Notes: generated from the sequence alone by a model not told the origin. Positions 8,667 through 18,661 are shown, counted from the first letter of the stretch. The stretch: 64,000 bases of DNA from an uncultured Chthoniobacterales bacterium (GCA_964247025.1 CAXTSM010000004.1:3042-67041), one strand, 5' to 3'. A program made the numbers and translations.

Positions 8667-9913
8667 TGGACATTCTTCGTTTCACGACCGCCGGCTCCGT
8701 CGATGACGGGAAATCCACGCTGATCGGGCGCCTTCTTTACGATTCGAAGAGCATCTTCGAGGACCAGCTCGTCGCGATGGAGGAAAGCTCGCGACGCCGT
8801 GGCGACGCCGTCGTCAACCTCGCGTTGCTGACGGATGGGTTGAAGGCCGAGCGCGAGCAGGGCATCACGATCGACGTCGCCTACCGATACTTTGCGACGC
8901 CGCGCCGCAAATTCATCATCGCGGATACGCCGGGTCACATCCAATACACCCGCAACATGGTCACGGGCGCCTCCACGGCGAACCTCGCGATCATTCTCGT
9001 GGACGCCCGCAAGGGCGTGATCGAGCAGACGAAGCGCCATTCGTTCATTGCGGACCTGCTTCGCATCCAGCACGTCGTGGTGGCCGTGAACAAGATGGAT
9101 CTCGTCGATTACGACCAGGCCGTCTACGACCGGATCGTCGAAGAATACAAGGCCTTCGCATCGCGGCTCGATAACCTCATCGACATCACGACCATCCCGA
9201 TCAGCGCATTGAACGGCGACAACGTCGTCGATAAATCCAGCGCGATGCCCTGGTATCAGGGTCCCTCCCTCTTGTACCATCTCGAGACGGTCTACGTCGG
9301 CGGCGAACACAATCACGTCGACGCCCGTTTTCCGGTGCAATGGGTCATTCGACCGCAATCGAACGACTGGCACGACTTCCGCGGCTATGCGGGCCGGGTG
9401 GCCGGCGGCGTGTTCAAGCCAGGCGACGACGTCACCGTCCTGCCGTCCGGCTTCACGACGCAAATCAAGGAGATCCACGCCGACGCCGGCACGCGGGCCG
9501 AGGCCTTCGCCCCCCAGTCCGTGACGCTGACCCTCGCGCACGAGATCGACGTCTCGCGCGGAGACATGATCGTCAAGGTAAACAATCCGCCCATTGTTTC
9601 GCAGGACATCGAGGCGATGATCTGCTGGTTTTCCCAGACGCCGATGGCCGAGCGCGGAAAGTATCTTCTCCGCCACACCACGCGCGAAACGCAGGCCGTC
9701 ATCAAGGAAATCCGCTATCTTGTCGACATCAATACCCTTCACAAGGTGGAGGGCCCGCGCTCCTGTTCCCTCAACGATATCGGCCGCATCACCCTCCGCA
9801 CGGCCGTTCCGTTGATCCACGACGCGTATCGCCGCAATCGGATCACCGGCTCCTTCATTCTCGTGCACCGGGGGACCAACGAAACCGTCGCGGCGGGAAT
9901 GATCTGGCAATGA
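8666..9913 (+). CDS. cysN: sulfate adenylyltransferase subunit 1 (GTPase)
   Basis: GSVDDGKST, EREQGITIDVAY, DTPGH, NKMD. Confidence 0.97.
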   Translation: MDILRFTTAGSVDDGKSTLIGRLLYDSKSIFEDQLVAMEESSRRRGDAVVNLALLTDGLKAEREQGITIDVAYRYFATPRRKFIIADTPGHIQYTRNMVTGASTANLAIILVDARKGVIEQTKRHSFIADLLRIQHVVVAVNKMDLVDYDQAVYDRIVEEYKAFASRLDNLIDITTIPISALNGDNVVDKSSAMPWYQGPSLLYHLETVYVGGEHNHVDARFPVQWVIRPQSNDWHDFRGYAGRVAGGVFKPGDDVTVLPSGFTTQIKEIHADAGTRAEAFAPQSVTLTLAHEIDVSRGDMIVKVNNPPIVSQDIEAMICWFSQTPMAERGKYLLRHTTRETQAVIKEIRYLVDINTLHKVEGPRSCSLNDIGRITLRTAVPLIHDAYRRNRITGSFILVHRGTNETVAAGMIWQ

Positions 9914-9972
9914 ACTCGAACGAGTTCGCGCCTCATCATCCGGAGCGTTGATTTCCGGAAAAAACTGTTGAC

Positions 9973-9989
9973 TTGGTATGATTGAAGCT
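9973..9989 (+). promoter_or_regulatory. candidate sigma54 -24/-12 promoter for the 10048 gene
   Basis: TTGGTATGATTGAAGCT: GG-N10-GC spacing but AAGC instead of TTGC; predicted +1 near 10000 coincides with a GCAA-tetraloop hairpin (10000-10025). Confidence 0.4.
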
Positions 9990-10047
9990 TTATCCCCTAC
10001 CGAAGCGGGGCAACCTGCGACTCGGAAAAAACATAACAACTAATCTC

Positions 10048-10494
10048 ATGTTCAAAAAAATTGCATCCATCCTCACGGTCGGAGTCGCTGCCTTGGTCAT
10101 TGCGGCCCCCACCAGCGTTTACGCGCTCACCCCCGCGCAGACAAAGGCAAAAATCGCAGCCTTGAAAAGGCAGCTCGTCGCCCTTCCGCTTCACAAGGCT
10201 CCTTTTGCGAAGGTCAACAGCCTGGTCCTCCAGTTGGTCACTCTCGATGCGAAAGGCGCTTCCAATTACCTCGGGCTTGGCCTTCCAAAAATCGCGACGG
10301 TGAACGCGAAGAAAAATGCCGCCACGCTCACGAGCGCGGTGAACAAGAAGGTTCAATCCAACAAAACGCTTACGACGAGCGTCAAGAAATCGATCATTTC
10401 GAAAAACACGACGCTGCTGAAGAAATACGTCCCACCAGGACCTAACAATCCTCCTTACCAAGCGATGCTTAGCGTGAGCCGAGTGGTTGCCTAA
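10048..10494 (+). CDS. Lys-rich secreted protein with PPYQA motif near C-terminus
   Basis: signal peptide MFKKIASILTVGVAALVIAAPTSVYA; A-rich leader; own terminator; paralog of 6471..6872. Confidence 0.85.
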   Translation: MFKKIASILTVGVAALVIAAPTSVYALTPAQTKAKIAALKRQLVALPLHKAPFAKVNSLVLQLVTLDAKGASNYLGLGLPKIATVNAKKNAATLTSAVNKKVQSNKTLTTSVKKSIISKNTTLLKKYVPPGPNNPPYQAMLSVSRVVA

Positions 10495-10510
10495 TTTGGA
10501 TCTTAATCTT

Positions 10511-10543
10511 AAGGGCGGACTCCCAGCGAGTCCGCCCTTTTTG
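10511..10543 (+). terminator. intrinsic terminator
   Basis: AAGGGCGGACTC-CCAGC-GAGTCCGCCCTT followed by T run. Confidence 0.85.
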
Positions 10544-10627
10544 TTACCTGCATCGTTATTGCAGATCATTCAACTGCTCGCGAGGTAGAGCGCCGAGAGC
10601 TGAAATCAGAGTCGGAACACACAGCTA

Positions 10628-11224
10628 ATGGGACGTTTTTTAATTTACGCGGCTTTTGGGATCCTGCTTGCGGCCTGCACTTCGGTGGTGGAGAAAGTCG
10701 TCCCCGTCGAGGGCTCGACCGAGGTTGATTCGAATAATTACAAGCTTTCCGCCAACGACAACGTCACGATCTCTGTTTTCCAGGAGCAGGACATGACGAC
10801 GCAGCAACAGATTTCCCGCGATGGTTCCGTCAGTATTCCCTTGATTGGGCGGGTTGTCATCGGAGGTCTGACGATGGGGGAAGCCGAGGCAAAAATCTCC
10901 CGGACGTTGTCCACGAACTTTCTGGTCAATCCCCAGGTCTCGGTGGTCGTGACCCAATACGCTCCGCAAAACTACACGATTTTGGGGCAGGTGAATGCTC
11001 CGAACGCTTATCCGATCCCGGCGGACGAGCCGGTTTTCACCCTTCCGATGGCAATCGCCCGGGCAAGCGGCAATACCCGGATCGGAAACCTCCGGAACAT
11101 AAAAATAAACCGCCGCCACGGCAACGCGATGTCACAATTCACGGTCAACATGCTTAGCCCCGAAGGACAGCAGTTTGTTATCAAGCGCGGGGATCTCATT
11201 ACCGTGCAGGAAACGCTATTTTAA
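10628..11224 (+). CDS. wza: polysaccharide export lipoprotein (OPX/Wza family)
   Basis: lipobox LLAAC; Y.L...D.V.I.VF, DG.VSIPLIGRV..GGLT, PQVSV, LGQVNAP, SLBB-type end GDLITV.E. Confidence 0.88.
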   Translation: MGRFLIYAAFGILLAACTSVVEKVVPVEGSTEVDSNNYKLSANDNVTISVFQEQDMTTQQQISRDGSVSIPLIGRVVIGGLTMGEAEAKISRTLSTNFLVNPQVSVVVTQYAPQNYTILGQVNAPNAYPIPADEPVFTLPMAIARASGNTRIGNLRNIKINRRHGNAMSQFTVNMLSPEGQQFVIKRGDLITVQETLF

Positions 11225-13416
11225 TGTTAAACTCAGATCCCGTGGGCGACTTTCAACCTCCCGGCCACCCGTCGGCCGCCCCGGAGGGCGAGACCAAGGC
11301 GTTTTCAATCGATTATCGCCGCCTTTGGGAAACCGCCAAAAAATATTTTTGGCTGATCATTCTTTACGTGATCGCCGGAATTATTGCGGCGGTTGTTTAT
11401 CTAAGTAACGCCACGCCCATTTACCGCTCGACGGCGCGCATCAAAATCGAACAACGGGTCATGGATGCCACGCCCATGGCCGGCGGCGGGATCGAGGAGG
11501 ACCTGCGCGGACTGGAGATGATGCAGACCATTCAACTCGGTTTCATCAGCCGGTCGTTGATGCAGCGCATGGTTCAGAGATTGAACCTCAAAAACCGCGC
11601 CGATTTCACCAAATCGACGTTTTTGGAGGGAAGTTCCGATGATGAATTGTTCACGATCTATCTTTCGAGCAATTCGCAATCGGAATTGATCCAAGGCACT
11701 CGCTTATTGACGATTTCGTTCGATCACCCCGATCAGCATGTCGCCCAGGAAATGACCGATAGTCTGATCAGGGAATTCGTCGCCTTGGAAGGCGAGCAAC
11801 GTCTGGCGGCGGCAAGTGTCAATCTAAGCTATCTCATCGAGGAGAAGAAATCGCTGGAGGAGAAGCTAAGGCGCTCCCGCCAAGGGCTTATTGATTATAC
11901 CCGAAAGCTCGGAAGCGTGAGCGTTTCCGTCGACGGGCAGACAAACATCGTCGCCAGTAAATTGATCGAGTTGAACACGCGCCTGGGAGTTGCGACCGCG
12001 GAAAGGCTGAAATTACAAACCGACAACGATCAGATCAATAAATATCGAGACGATCCAAAAAGGCTTCTTCAGATCGCGAGTGTATCGCAGCTGCCGGAGA
12101 TCATCAATCTCCGAAGCCAGTTGAATAGCTTGGACGCAGATTTGAGCAAAGCCCGGAAACGATACAACCCCAAGGCCCCGGCGCTGGAGGCATTGGAAAG
12201 CCAGAAAATGTCCCTGCAGAAGGCGCTGGAGGCCGAAGCCTTGCAGGCCCCGGAAACCGTCGATAGGACCTATCAATCTGCCGTCGAAACCGAGCGCGCT
12301 TTGCAAAAAGCGACCGATGAGCAGGAAAAGCAGGTCATCGAAAACAAAGCGCAATCGATCGAATCCGACAAACTTCAAGGGGAAATCGATGCGGATAACA
12401 TGGCCTACCAGGCGGTTCTCAAAAAACTCAACGAAGAAACGGCCCAGGCGAGGAGCCAGCCGGTCTTCATTCAAGTGGTTGACTCGGCCGGACCTGCCTT
12501 TCAGGTGGCTCCGAAAAAGATCCAAGTCCTGGCGATCGCCATCTTTCTTTCCGTGGCGGCTTCCGGGTTGACGATTGTCATCCTGTCCAGCCTGGATACG
12601 TCCTTCAAGTCGGTGGACGAGCTCGAGGCGGTGATCGGGTTGCAGGTTTTGGCCTCGGTGCCGCAATACGAGATAAAAACCTCCAAGAAGTCGTCGGGAA
12701 ACAATCGAGACCAGATGAACGTGGCGCTCCCCCTGATCGACGACCCTTATTCCGCGGCCAGCGAAGCCTACCGCACCCTTCGGGCCTCGCTTTTGCTTTT
12801 GGAAGACGAGAAGCACAGCATCCTTGTGACGAGCGCCGTTCCGGAAGAAGGCAAATCCACGACATCGCTGAGCCTGGCTGTTTCCATGGCTCAACGCGGC
12901 GCGAAGACCTTGCTCATCGAGTTCGACCTTCGTAAACCGGTCTTGGAAAACCGTCTCTTCGGCCGACAGACTCACCTGGGAGCGGCTGATTTTTTGAACG
13001 ATCAAGCCGATTTCGATAGCCTGATTCAAGCGACGTCGATCCCGAATCTCAGTGTCATTACGGCTGGCAAGGTGACCAAGAGTTCGGGGGAGCTGTTGCT
13101 TCGCCGACACAAGGTGGAGAAGTTTTTGGAATCGGCCCGCGCTCAATTCGAGCAGGTGATCGTGGATTCCGCGCCGCTTCTCGCGGTGAGTGATACGTTG
13201 ACGATCGCGCGGCACTTCAAGGTGATCACGATGGTCGTCAGGTCCCACAAGACCGCCCGGCGGCTCGTCCGCCGTTCCGTTGATCTTTTGAAGCGCGTCA
13301 AGAGAATGCCGGCCGGGATTACGCTAAGCATGGTTCCGCCGGGCAACGCGTATTATTATTATGGTTATAGCGACGGCGGGAGAGCTTATGGCGCGGAACG
13401 CCAGCCGGTGGACTAA
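11224..13416 (+). CDS. wzc: polysaccharide co-polymerase / BY tyrosine kinase
   Basis: two TM segments flanking coiled coil; EAYRTLR, SAVPEEGKST, DLRKP, VDSAP, C-terminal YYYYGY cluster. Confidence 0.92.
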   Translation: MLNSDPVGDFQPPGHPSAAPEGETKAFSIDYRRLWETAKKYFWLIILYVIAGIIAAVVYLSNATPIYRSTARIKIEQRVMDATPMAGGGIEEDLRGLEMMQTIQLGFISRSLMQRMVQRLNLKNRADFTKSTFLEGSSDDELFTIYLSSNSQSELIQGTRLLTISFDHPDQHVAQEMTDSLIREFVALEGEQRLAAASVNLSYLIEEKKSLEEKLRRSRQGLIDYTRKLGSVSVSVDGQTNIVASKLIELNTRLGVATAERLKLQTDNDQINKYRDDPKRLLQIASVSQLPEIINLRSQLNSLDADLSKARKRYNPKAPALEALESQKMSLQKALEAEALQAPETVDRTYQSAVETERALQKATDEQEKQVIENKAQSIESDKLQGEIDADNMAYQAVLKKLNEETAQARSQPVFIQVVDSAGPAFQVAPKKIQVLAIAIFLSVAASGLTIVILSSLDTSFKSVDELEAVIGLQVLASVPQYEIKTSKKSSGNNRDQMNVALPLIDDPYSAASEAYRTLRASLLLLEDEKHSILVTSAVPEEGKSTTSLSLAVSMAQRGAKTLLIEFDLRKPVLENRLFGRQTHLGAADFLNDQADFDSLIQATSIPNLSVITAGKVTKSSGELLLRRHKVEKFLESARAQFEQVIVDSAPLLAVSDTLTIARHFKVITMVVRSHKTARRLVRRSVDLLKRVKRMPAGITLSMVPPGNAYYYYGYSDGGRAYGAERQPVD

Positions 13417-13427
13417 TTAGCCGTTTC

Positions 13428-14885
13428 TCACGGGGGCGGCTCCTCTCGTCTTCCGGTGGAACCGATATAGCTCCACCCAAGGGCGAGAAACACGAGGAAA
13501 TAAAGCTGTAAAGAGGCTATTTGCATCGGAAAATCGACCATGGAATGCAGAGAAGTTAGAACGACCGAGACGAACGCTGGAATGGCGATCCAAGGTTCTC
13601 GACTCGACGGGACATTGTTAAAGAAGGCTTTGACATGGTCGAGAAAGCCGATGCGATAACCTTCGAACTCCTGGGACGGTTTTTCCGAGTCCCGGCGGCT
13701 CCCGCGAAGGAGAGAGATCCCCGGGGGAATCATGACGGCGGCCCATAATATCGTTCCGGCGTAACCCCACTCCACGAGGGTCTGAATCAAATCCTGGTGG
13801 GCTGCCCAATAGGATTGAGTGCGGAGCTTGGGATCGTCTTCGACGTAGCGGAAGTAGTAGCGCTTGAAAGATCCGGGACCGAAGCCGATCCATCCGGAAT
13901 CCGGCAGAATTTTCAGAAAACTCAGGTAGGCGTGCGTCCGTCCGTCATTGGGTTGATGAACGGTCGCCGCAAGATAGTTCCATCGCTTCCAGGGGAGGGC
14001 GAACGGAAGGGAGATCGCTACCACGAGAATCGGAATGATGGCCGCGAGCACGTAGGTGGAACTCAACTTCCGCCGGAAGCGCTTCATTTCAGAACGACAG
14101 AGAGGCGCCATCATCACCATAAGTAAGACGATGCCAATGGCGGCGAGCACGTTTCCCGCCTTTGAAACGTTGAGAAAACTGGCCACGAATACCGCGGTAA
14201 AGGGAATCATCCACAACGGCCAAGCCGGGCGCTGGCGAACGACGGTGAATAGGGCGATGGCTGCGGTGACCGGCCAGAAGAGGTTGAGATAAGCTCCCGC
14301 GTTTCCCCAATATCGATAGGTCGCGAATGAAAGGTCGGTGGTCCCATTCTCGGCTTTGAGAATAAAAATCCCTCCGACAATCCGCTGGAGGAAGAAAAAG
14401 ATCACCATGCCAAAGGAGGAAAAGACCATCGTCAGAAGCAGGCGCCGGGACCACTTCGGATCGCGCCATATTTCCACGGCGATAAGCATTGCTCCTAACA
14501 GCGCGGTGGTCCGCAGCATCGCCGGCAACGAGAGGCCGACGTCGTAGGCGCTGCAGTTAAGAAGAAGCCAGGCGCGAAATCCGTCGTCCCATCCTTGCAA
14601 GCGACCCTCGGTCACGGCCGCATCCACCATCGCCATGATGGTGACAAACCATCCGTAGACGAGCACCGCCGACGAGGTCAACCAAGGAAAGATTCCGGTT
14701 CCGGGCATTTGTCCTCGAGCGACGTGGGCCACCAGCCAAAGGAGGAACGTGCCTCCCATGACCCAGATGAACTGGCTGATGGTGGATTCACGCGTCAGTC
14801 CATAAGCAACGGCCGCCCACACATATAAGGCGAGAAATAGTCCGTAGCTTGAACTCAAAAGGATATTTCCCCACTTCTCGCGCAT
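13428..14885 (-). CDS. O-antigen ligase / O-oligosaccharyltransferase family membrane protein
   Basis: multi-TM; GFGPGSF, AHQDLIQTLVEWG, LHSMVDFP motifs. Confidence 0.75.
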   Translation of the reverse strand: MREKWGNILLSSSYGLFLALYVWAAVAYGLTRESTISQFIWVMGGTFLLWLVAHVARGQMPGTGIFPWLTSSAVLVYGWFVTIMAMVDAAVTEGRLQGWDDGFRAWLLLNCSAYDVGLSLPAMLRTTALLGAMLIAVEIWRDPKWSRRLLLTMVFSSFGMVIFFFLQRIVGGIFILKAENGTTDLSFATYRYWGNAGAYLNLFWPVTAAIALFTVVRQRPAWPLWMIPFTAVFVASFLNVSKAGNVLAAIGIVLLMVMMAPLCRSEMKRFRRKLSSTYVLAAIIPILVVAISLPFALPWKRWNYLAATVHQPNDGRTHAYLSFLKILPDSGWIGFGPGSFKRYYFRYVEDDPKLRTQSYWAAHQDLIQTLVEWGYAGTILWAAVMIPPGISLLRGSRRDSEKPSQEFEGYRIGFLDHVKAFFNNVPSSREPWIAIPAFVSVVLTSLHSMVDFPMQIASLQLYFLVFLALGWSYIGSTGRREEPPP

Positions 14886-15012
14886 GCGGGAAGGTAATCG
14901 CCTTTTTCAAGTATGTGGCAAGTCACAAGTCAGGCAGATTTCCGCTTGTGACGAAATCCGTGCGATGCGAAGCATAAAGGCCGGACGTGCCAAGCCGCGC
15001 TCCAATCCATAA

Positions 15013-17022
15013 ATGACTACCGACGTTCCGCAGCCTTCATCGCCGAAAACCGGCTTTCTTCGAAAAGTGCTCGAACGGTATCGATGGGTCAGCCGTCGTA
15101 ATAAAATCGCCTTTTTTAGCTTAGTCTTTGTCATCTCGGCGGTCGCGATCTCATCCCGATGGATCCAGCCGGCTTACCGGACGACAAAGATGTGGCTTTT
15201 CCTCAATATCGCGGAGAAAGCCATCGCAAAAAAAGATTACAATTCGGCCTCGCTCGCTTTTCGAAAGGCGCTTCTTTCCGGCTACGAGAATCCGGCGAGT
15301 TGGAAGGCATTGGCAAATTTTCTGGAGAAAATCGATTCGGCGGAAATCATCGGAGTCTGGAAACGACTCGAAAATCTGGAGCCAGACAATAGATCGTATG
15401 GTTTCAAACAAGTAAGGGCAGCTCTGAAATACAATCGCTTGTATCAGGCGGAGGAGATTCTGGTCGGGTTACCATCGGGCTGGCGGGACGACCCGGAATA
15501 TCTGCGACTTCAAGCGGACATTTTCACGCAGAAAAAGTTCGCCGCGGACGCGGAGAAAAGCTTGCGGCGTCTGCTTGCCCTTCAGCCCGATGACAAGGAG
15601 GTGCAGTTCCAATTACTCTCCGTGCAGGCGCAGCTCGAAGATCTTTCCGTGCAGATCAAGGCAAGATCGAAGTTGAAAGAGATCGGAGAGGGGAAATCGG
15701 AATTTGCCACCCAGGCGCTGAGATCGTCCATCGGCTTCGAATCCGCCTCGGAGAATCTCTACGAGGCGGATCGCCTCGCGGCGAAATTGATCCTGCGGCC
15801 GGATGCCACGGTGGCGGATCGGCTTTTGCACGCGCAACTCGAACTGAAGACCGACAGCATCTCCCAGGCAAAATCTCAGGCCGATTTGCGGGCTTACGCG
15901 GCAAACCATCCGGAAGCCTTCCCGGACATCCTGCAATGGCTGATGTCAAGCCAGATCGATCCACCGGCCACCGACCGATGGGTGGAATCGCTTCCCTCTT
16001 CCTTGACATCGAAACCGAACATCCAGGCGTCGCTGTTTCAATTTTACTTGTCGATCGGGAAATTGGACCGCGCTCGCAAGATTCTCGAGGATCCCAAATC
16101 GCCGGTTTACCTGCCGCCCAAAGTTTTGGATCTGGCGTTCAAGGCCTTGGAGGAAGACCGGAACGCCCTTGCTTCCGCCGAACAGACATGGATGCAAGCC
16201 ATTTACGCCACGGAAGGAAAAGCTTCCTTGCTGAGAGTCCTTGCCTTTCTGGCCAGTTCGCGAGATTGGACCGGTGCGACGGGACGCGCCCTCGTCGCTT
16301 GTGCGGATGCCGCTCCCTGGGACGGTTCGGCCTGGAGGCTGTTGATTCAGCATGAAAACGCCGTGCGAAATCTTCCGGGTCTCTACACTGCCCTGCAGGG
16401 ATTGATGCGCCTGAATCCCTACGATGTGAATGTCGCCAGCAACTGGGCGCTCGCGGCGGCGTTGGTCCGCCCCAGCAACATCGAGGAGGTGCTCGATATC
16501 GCCAAACGCACATACTATTCCACCTACCCCTCCGATCCGCGAGCGGCCACGGCCTATGCGATCGCTTTATTGCGGGTGGGACGGACCCAGGAAGCGAACG
16601 ATATCGTCACAAACATGTCGTTGGCGGATCGCCGGGAGCCCCAACGTGCCATCTACGTTGGCAGCGTCATGGCGGCCAATGGCCATAAAGAAGAGGCGCT
16701 GGATTATTTCAAGCGTTCGGAAGCTCTTCAAAATGCGGCGTTTCCCGAAGAAATCACGCTTCGTCGCATCTGGAAAGGAGTGGCCCTGGGAGAGGAGACG
16801 ACGGCCGAAGAAGCCGCCAAGATTCTTTTGAAGCGCGACGATGTCGACGTTGAGGCGGGCAAGATCAACTCCGAACTCACGACGGAGATGAGGCGGCGAT
16901 CGAATCCGGAAGAAGCGCGCCGAATTCTCGAAAGCCTGCGCTCCGAGGCCGACAGTCGAAAGGTGGTGCCCGTGGAGGTCGAAAATTTAATTCGCCAAGT
17001 GCGCGGCGAACAGAAACCTTGA
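15013..17022 (+). CDS. membrane-anchored TPR protein associated with exosortase locus
   Basis: single N-terminal TM followed by helical TPR-like repeats; directly upstream of exosortase. Confidence 0.7.
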   Translation: MTTDVPQPSSPKTGFLRKVLERYRWVSRRNKIAFFSLVFVISAVAISSRWIQPAYRTTKMWLFLNIAEKAIAKKDYNSASLAFRKALLSGYENPASWKALANFLEKIDSAEIIGVWKRLENLEPDNRSYGFKQVRAALKYNRLYQAEEILVGLPSGWRDDPEYLRLQADIFTQKKFAADAEKSLRRLLALQPDDKEVQFQLLSVQAQLEDLSVQIKARSKLKEIGEGKSEFATQALRSSIGFESASENLYEADRLAAKLILRPDATVADRLLHAQLELKTDSISQAKSQADLRAYAANHPEAFPDILQWLMSSQIDPPATDRWVESLPSSLTSKPNIQASLFQFYLSIGKLDRARKILEDPKSPVYLPPKVLDLAFKALEEDRNALASAEQTWMQAIYATEGKASLLRVLAFLASSRDWTGATGRALVACADAAPWDGSAWRLLIQHENAVRNLPGLYTALQGLMRLNPYDVNVASNWALAAALVRPSNIEEVLDIAKRTYYSTYPSDPRAATAYAIALLRVGRTQEANDIVTNMSLADRREPQRAIYVGSVMAANGHKEEALDYFKRSEALQNAAFPEEITLRRIWKGVALGEETTAEEAAKILLKRDDVDVEAGKINSELTTEMRRRSNPEEARRILESLRSEADSRKVVPVEVENLIRQVRGEQKP

Positions 17023-17029
17023 AGGCGCT

Positions 17030-17944
17030 TTGAACGCCGATTCCTCCCTCGCTTCCCCGGTCGCGCCGGTGAGAGCATCCTCGACGGCGGACCGCATCGA
17101 GGCGATCGCCCTGGTTCTTGCGGCGCTCGTTTGGCTGCCGACGCTGTATCGCTGCAGCATCGAGTGGTCCGTGAACGCTCAATACTATTTCGGGTGGTCG
17201 GTGCCGATGCTGGCGGCCTATCTCGCGTATGAACGACTAGGGCAAGGTCTGCCCTCCCGACCCGGCCGCTGGCAATGGGTGGCCATCATGGCGATCGTCG
17301 TCTTCGCGCTTCCTGAGCCGGCGTTTCGGCTGGTGGGCGAGGCGAATAGCGACTGGCGGCTGGTCTCGTGGTTCATGGCGATCTCCGCGGCGGGGATCTC
17401 GTTCTCGTTCTACTACCTGGCCGGAGGGACGGCGTGCGTGCGCCGGTTCATTTTCCCGACGTTGTTCCTTGTGACGGCGATCCCCTGGCCCACGTCGATG
17501 GAAACTTTTTTGGTCCAGGGCATGATGCGTCTCAATGCGGAGATCGCCGCGGAATTTGTCAGCCTGTGCGGAGTGCCGGCCATTGCCCAAGGGAACGTCA
17601 TTGAGCTTCCCACCGGGATGCTTGGGGTCAACGAGGCGTGCAGTGGCATCCGCTCGCTGCAGTCCACGCTGATGGCTTCGATTTTTCTGGGGGGACTTTA
17701 CCAGTTGTCGCCGGCCGCCCGCGTCGTCCTCGTCGGTCTCGGGGTGGGGATCGCCTTCTTTTTGAACATCGTGCGCACCATCTTCCTGAGCTGGCAGGGG
17801 GCTTTTCACGGAATCGAGGCCACGGAAAAGTGGCATGACTCGGCCGGCTTTGCGATTCTTGGCGTCGTTCTGGTGTGCCTCTGGCTCATCGGGCGCTATT
17901 TCGAGCGGCGAGCCACCCGGCCGGCCCCCCGCCCGGCGGCCTAG
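17030..17944 (+). CDS. exosortase (EpsH/Xrt family)
   Basis: multi-TM; catalytic triad motifs EACSGIRS (Cys), NIVR (Arg), WHD (His); start codon uncertain. Confidence 0.9.
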   Translation: MNADSSLASPVAPVRASSTADRIEAIALVLAALVWLPTLYRCSIEWSVNAQYYFGWSVPMLAAYLAYERLGQGLPSRPGRWQWVAIMAIVVFALPEPAFRLVGEANSDWRLVSWFMAISAAGISFSFYYLAGGTACVRRFIFPTLFLVTAIPWPTSMETFLVQGMMRLNAEIAAEFVSLCGVPAIAQGNVIELPTGMLGVNEACSGIRSLQSTLMASIFLGGLYQLSPAARVVLVGLGVGIAFFLNIVRTIFLSWQGAFHGIEATEKWHDSAGFAILGVVLVCLWLIGRYFERRATRPAPRPAA

Positions 17945-17966
17945 TTTCCTCCCCCAAGTGGACATT

Positions 17967-17988
17967 TTGTTCATTTTTGTTTGAACAA
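17967..17988. promoter_or_regulatory. palindromic operator candidate
   Basis: TTGTTCA-N8-TGAACAA in an AT-rich stretch upstream of the GbsR/MarR gene. Confidence 0.55.
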
Positions 17989-18142
17989 TCTGAATTCTCC
18001 GGTCACTTTTCGAACGAGCGCAGGACAATGTCTCGCCGCGAATCCCTTTCTCGCCTTGGCGAAGGTGCGGAAAAACTCCTCACCAAGGGCGGCAGCATCG
18101 CGAAATCCGACGCGGGTTTGCGTCGAACCGCCGACTGAATCG

Positions 18143-18661
18143 ATGGGTTCTCCGACCGAATCTTCCCCTCCTCCCACGAAGGCGGAACTGGAGCCGTTTC
18201 AGCGCGAATGCATCAACCTTTTCGTTCACGCCGCGCAGGCTCTATCGATTCCGCGCTCCGTGGGGGAGATCTATGGCCTGTTGTTCGGCAGCAATGAGCC
18301 GTTGACGATGGACGACGTCATCGCGCGACTCAGGATGAGCAAAGGCTCGGCGAGCCAGGGACTGCGTTGGTTGCGCGACACGAACGCGGTGCGGACGACT
18401 TACGTCCCGGGGGACCGCAGGGATCACTTCGAGGCGGAGACCGAATTACGAAAACTCGCATTTGGCTTTCTGCGCGAATCGATCGAACCCCGCCTTGGTC
18501 GGGGCGCGGACTACCTCCGGCGCGTGAAAGAGTCTCTTCCCCTGGTTTCGACCGGCGAATCGCGGAAGTTTGCCGAAGGCCGGGTGACGAAACTCCGACG
18601 CTGGCATCGGTTCGCCTCCCAGCTTTTACCGTTGCTCCTGCGCGTGGCCGCCAAGTTCTAG
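18143..18661 (+). CDS. GbsR/MarR-family transcriptional regulator
   Basis: PRSVGEIYGLL, L.MSKGSASQGLR.L helix-turn-helix, GDRRDHF wing; start ATG 18143. Confidence 0.85.
   Translation: MGSPTESSPPPTKAELEPFQRECINLFVHAAQALSIPRSVGEIYGLLFGSNEPLTMDDVIARLRMSKGSASQGLRWLRDTNAVRTTYVPGDRRDHFEAETELRKLAFGFLRESIEPRLGRGADYLRRVKESLPLVSTGESRKFAEGRVTKLRRWHRFASQLLPLLLRVAAKF

Noticed and set aside
10548..10564. CTGCATCGTTATTGCAG upstream of wza as a sigma54 promoter
   Set aside because: Lacks the invariant GG; only a short palindrome remains, insufficient support
18088..18098. GGCGGCAGCAT resembling an ops element
   Set aside because: Mismatch at the conserved T, common in GC-rich DNA, and no RfaH/NusG paralog in the window
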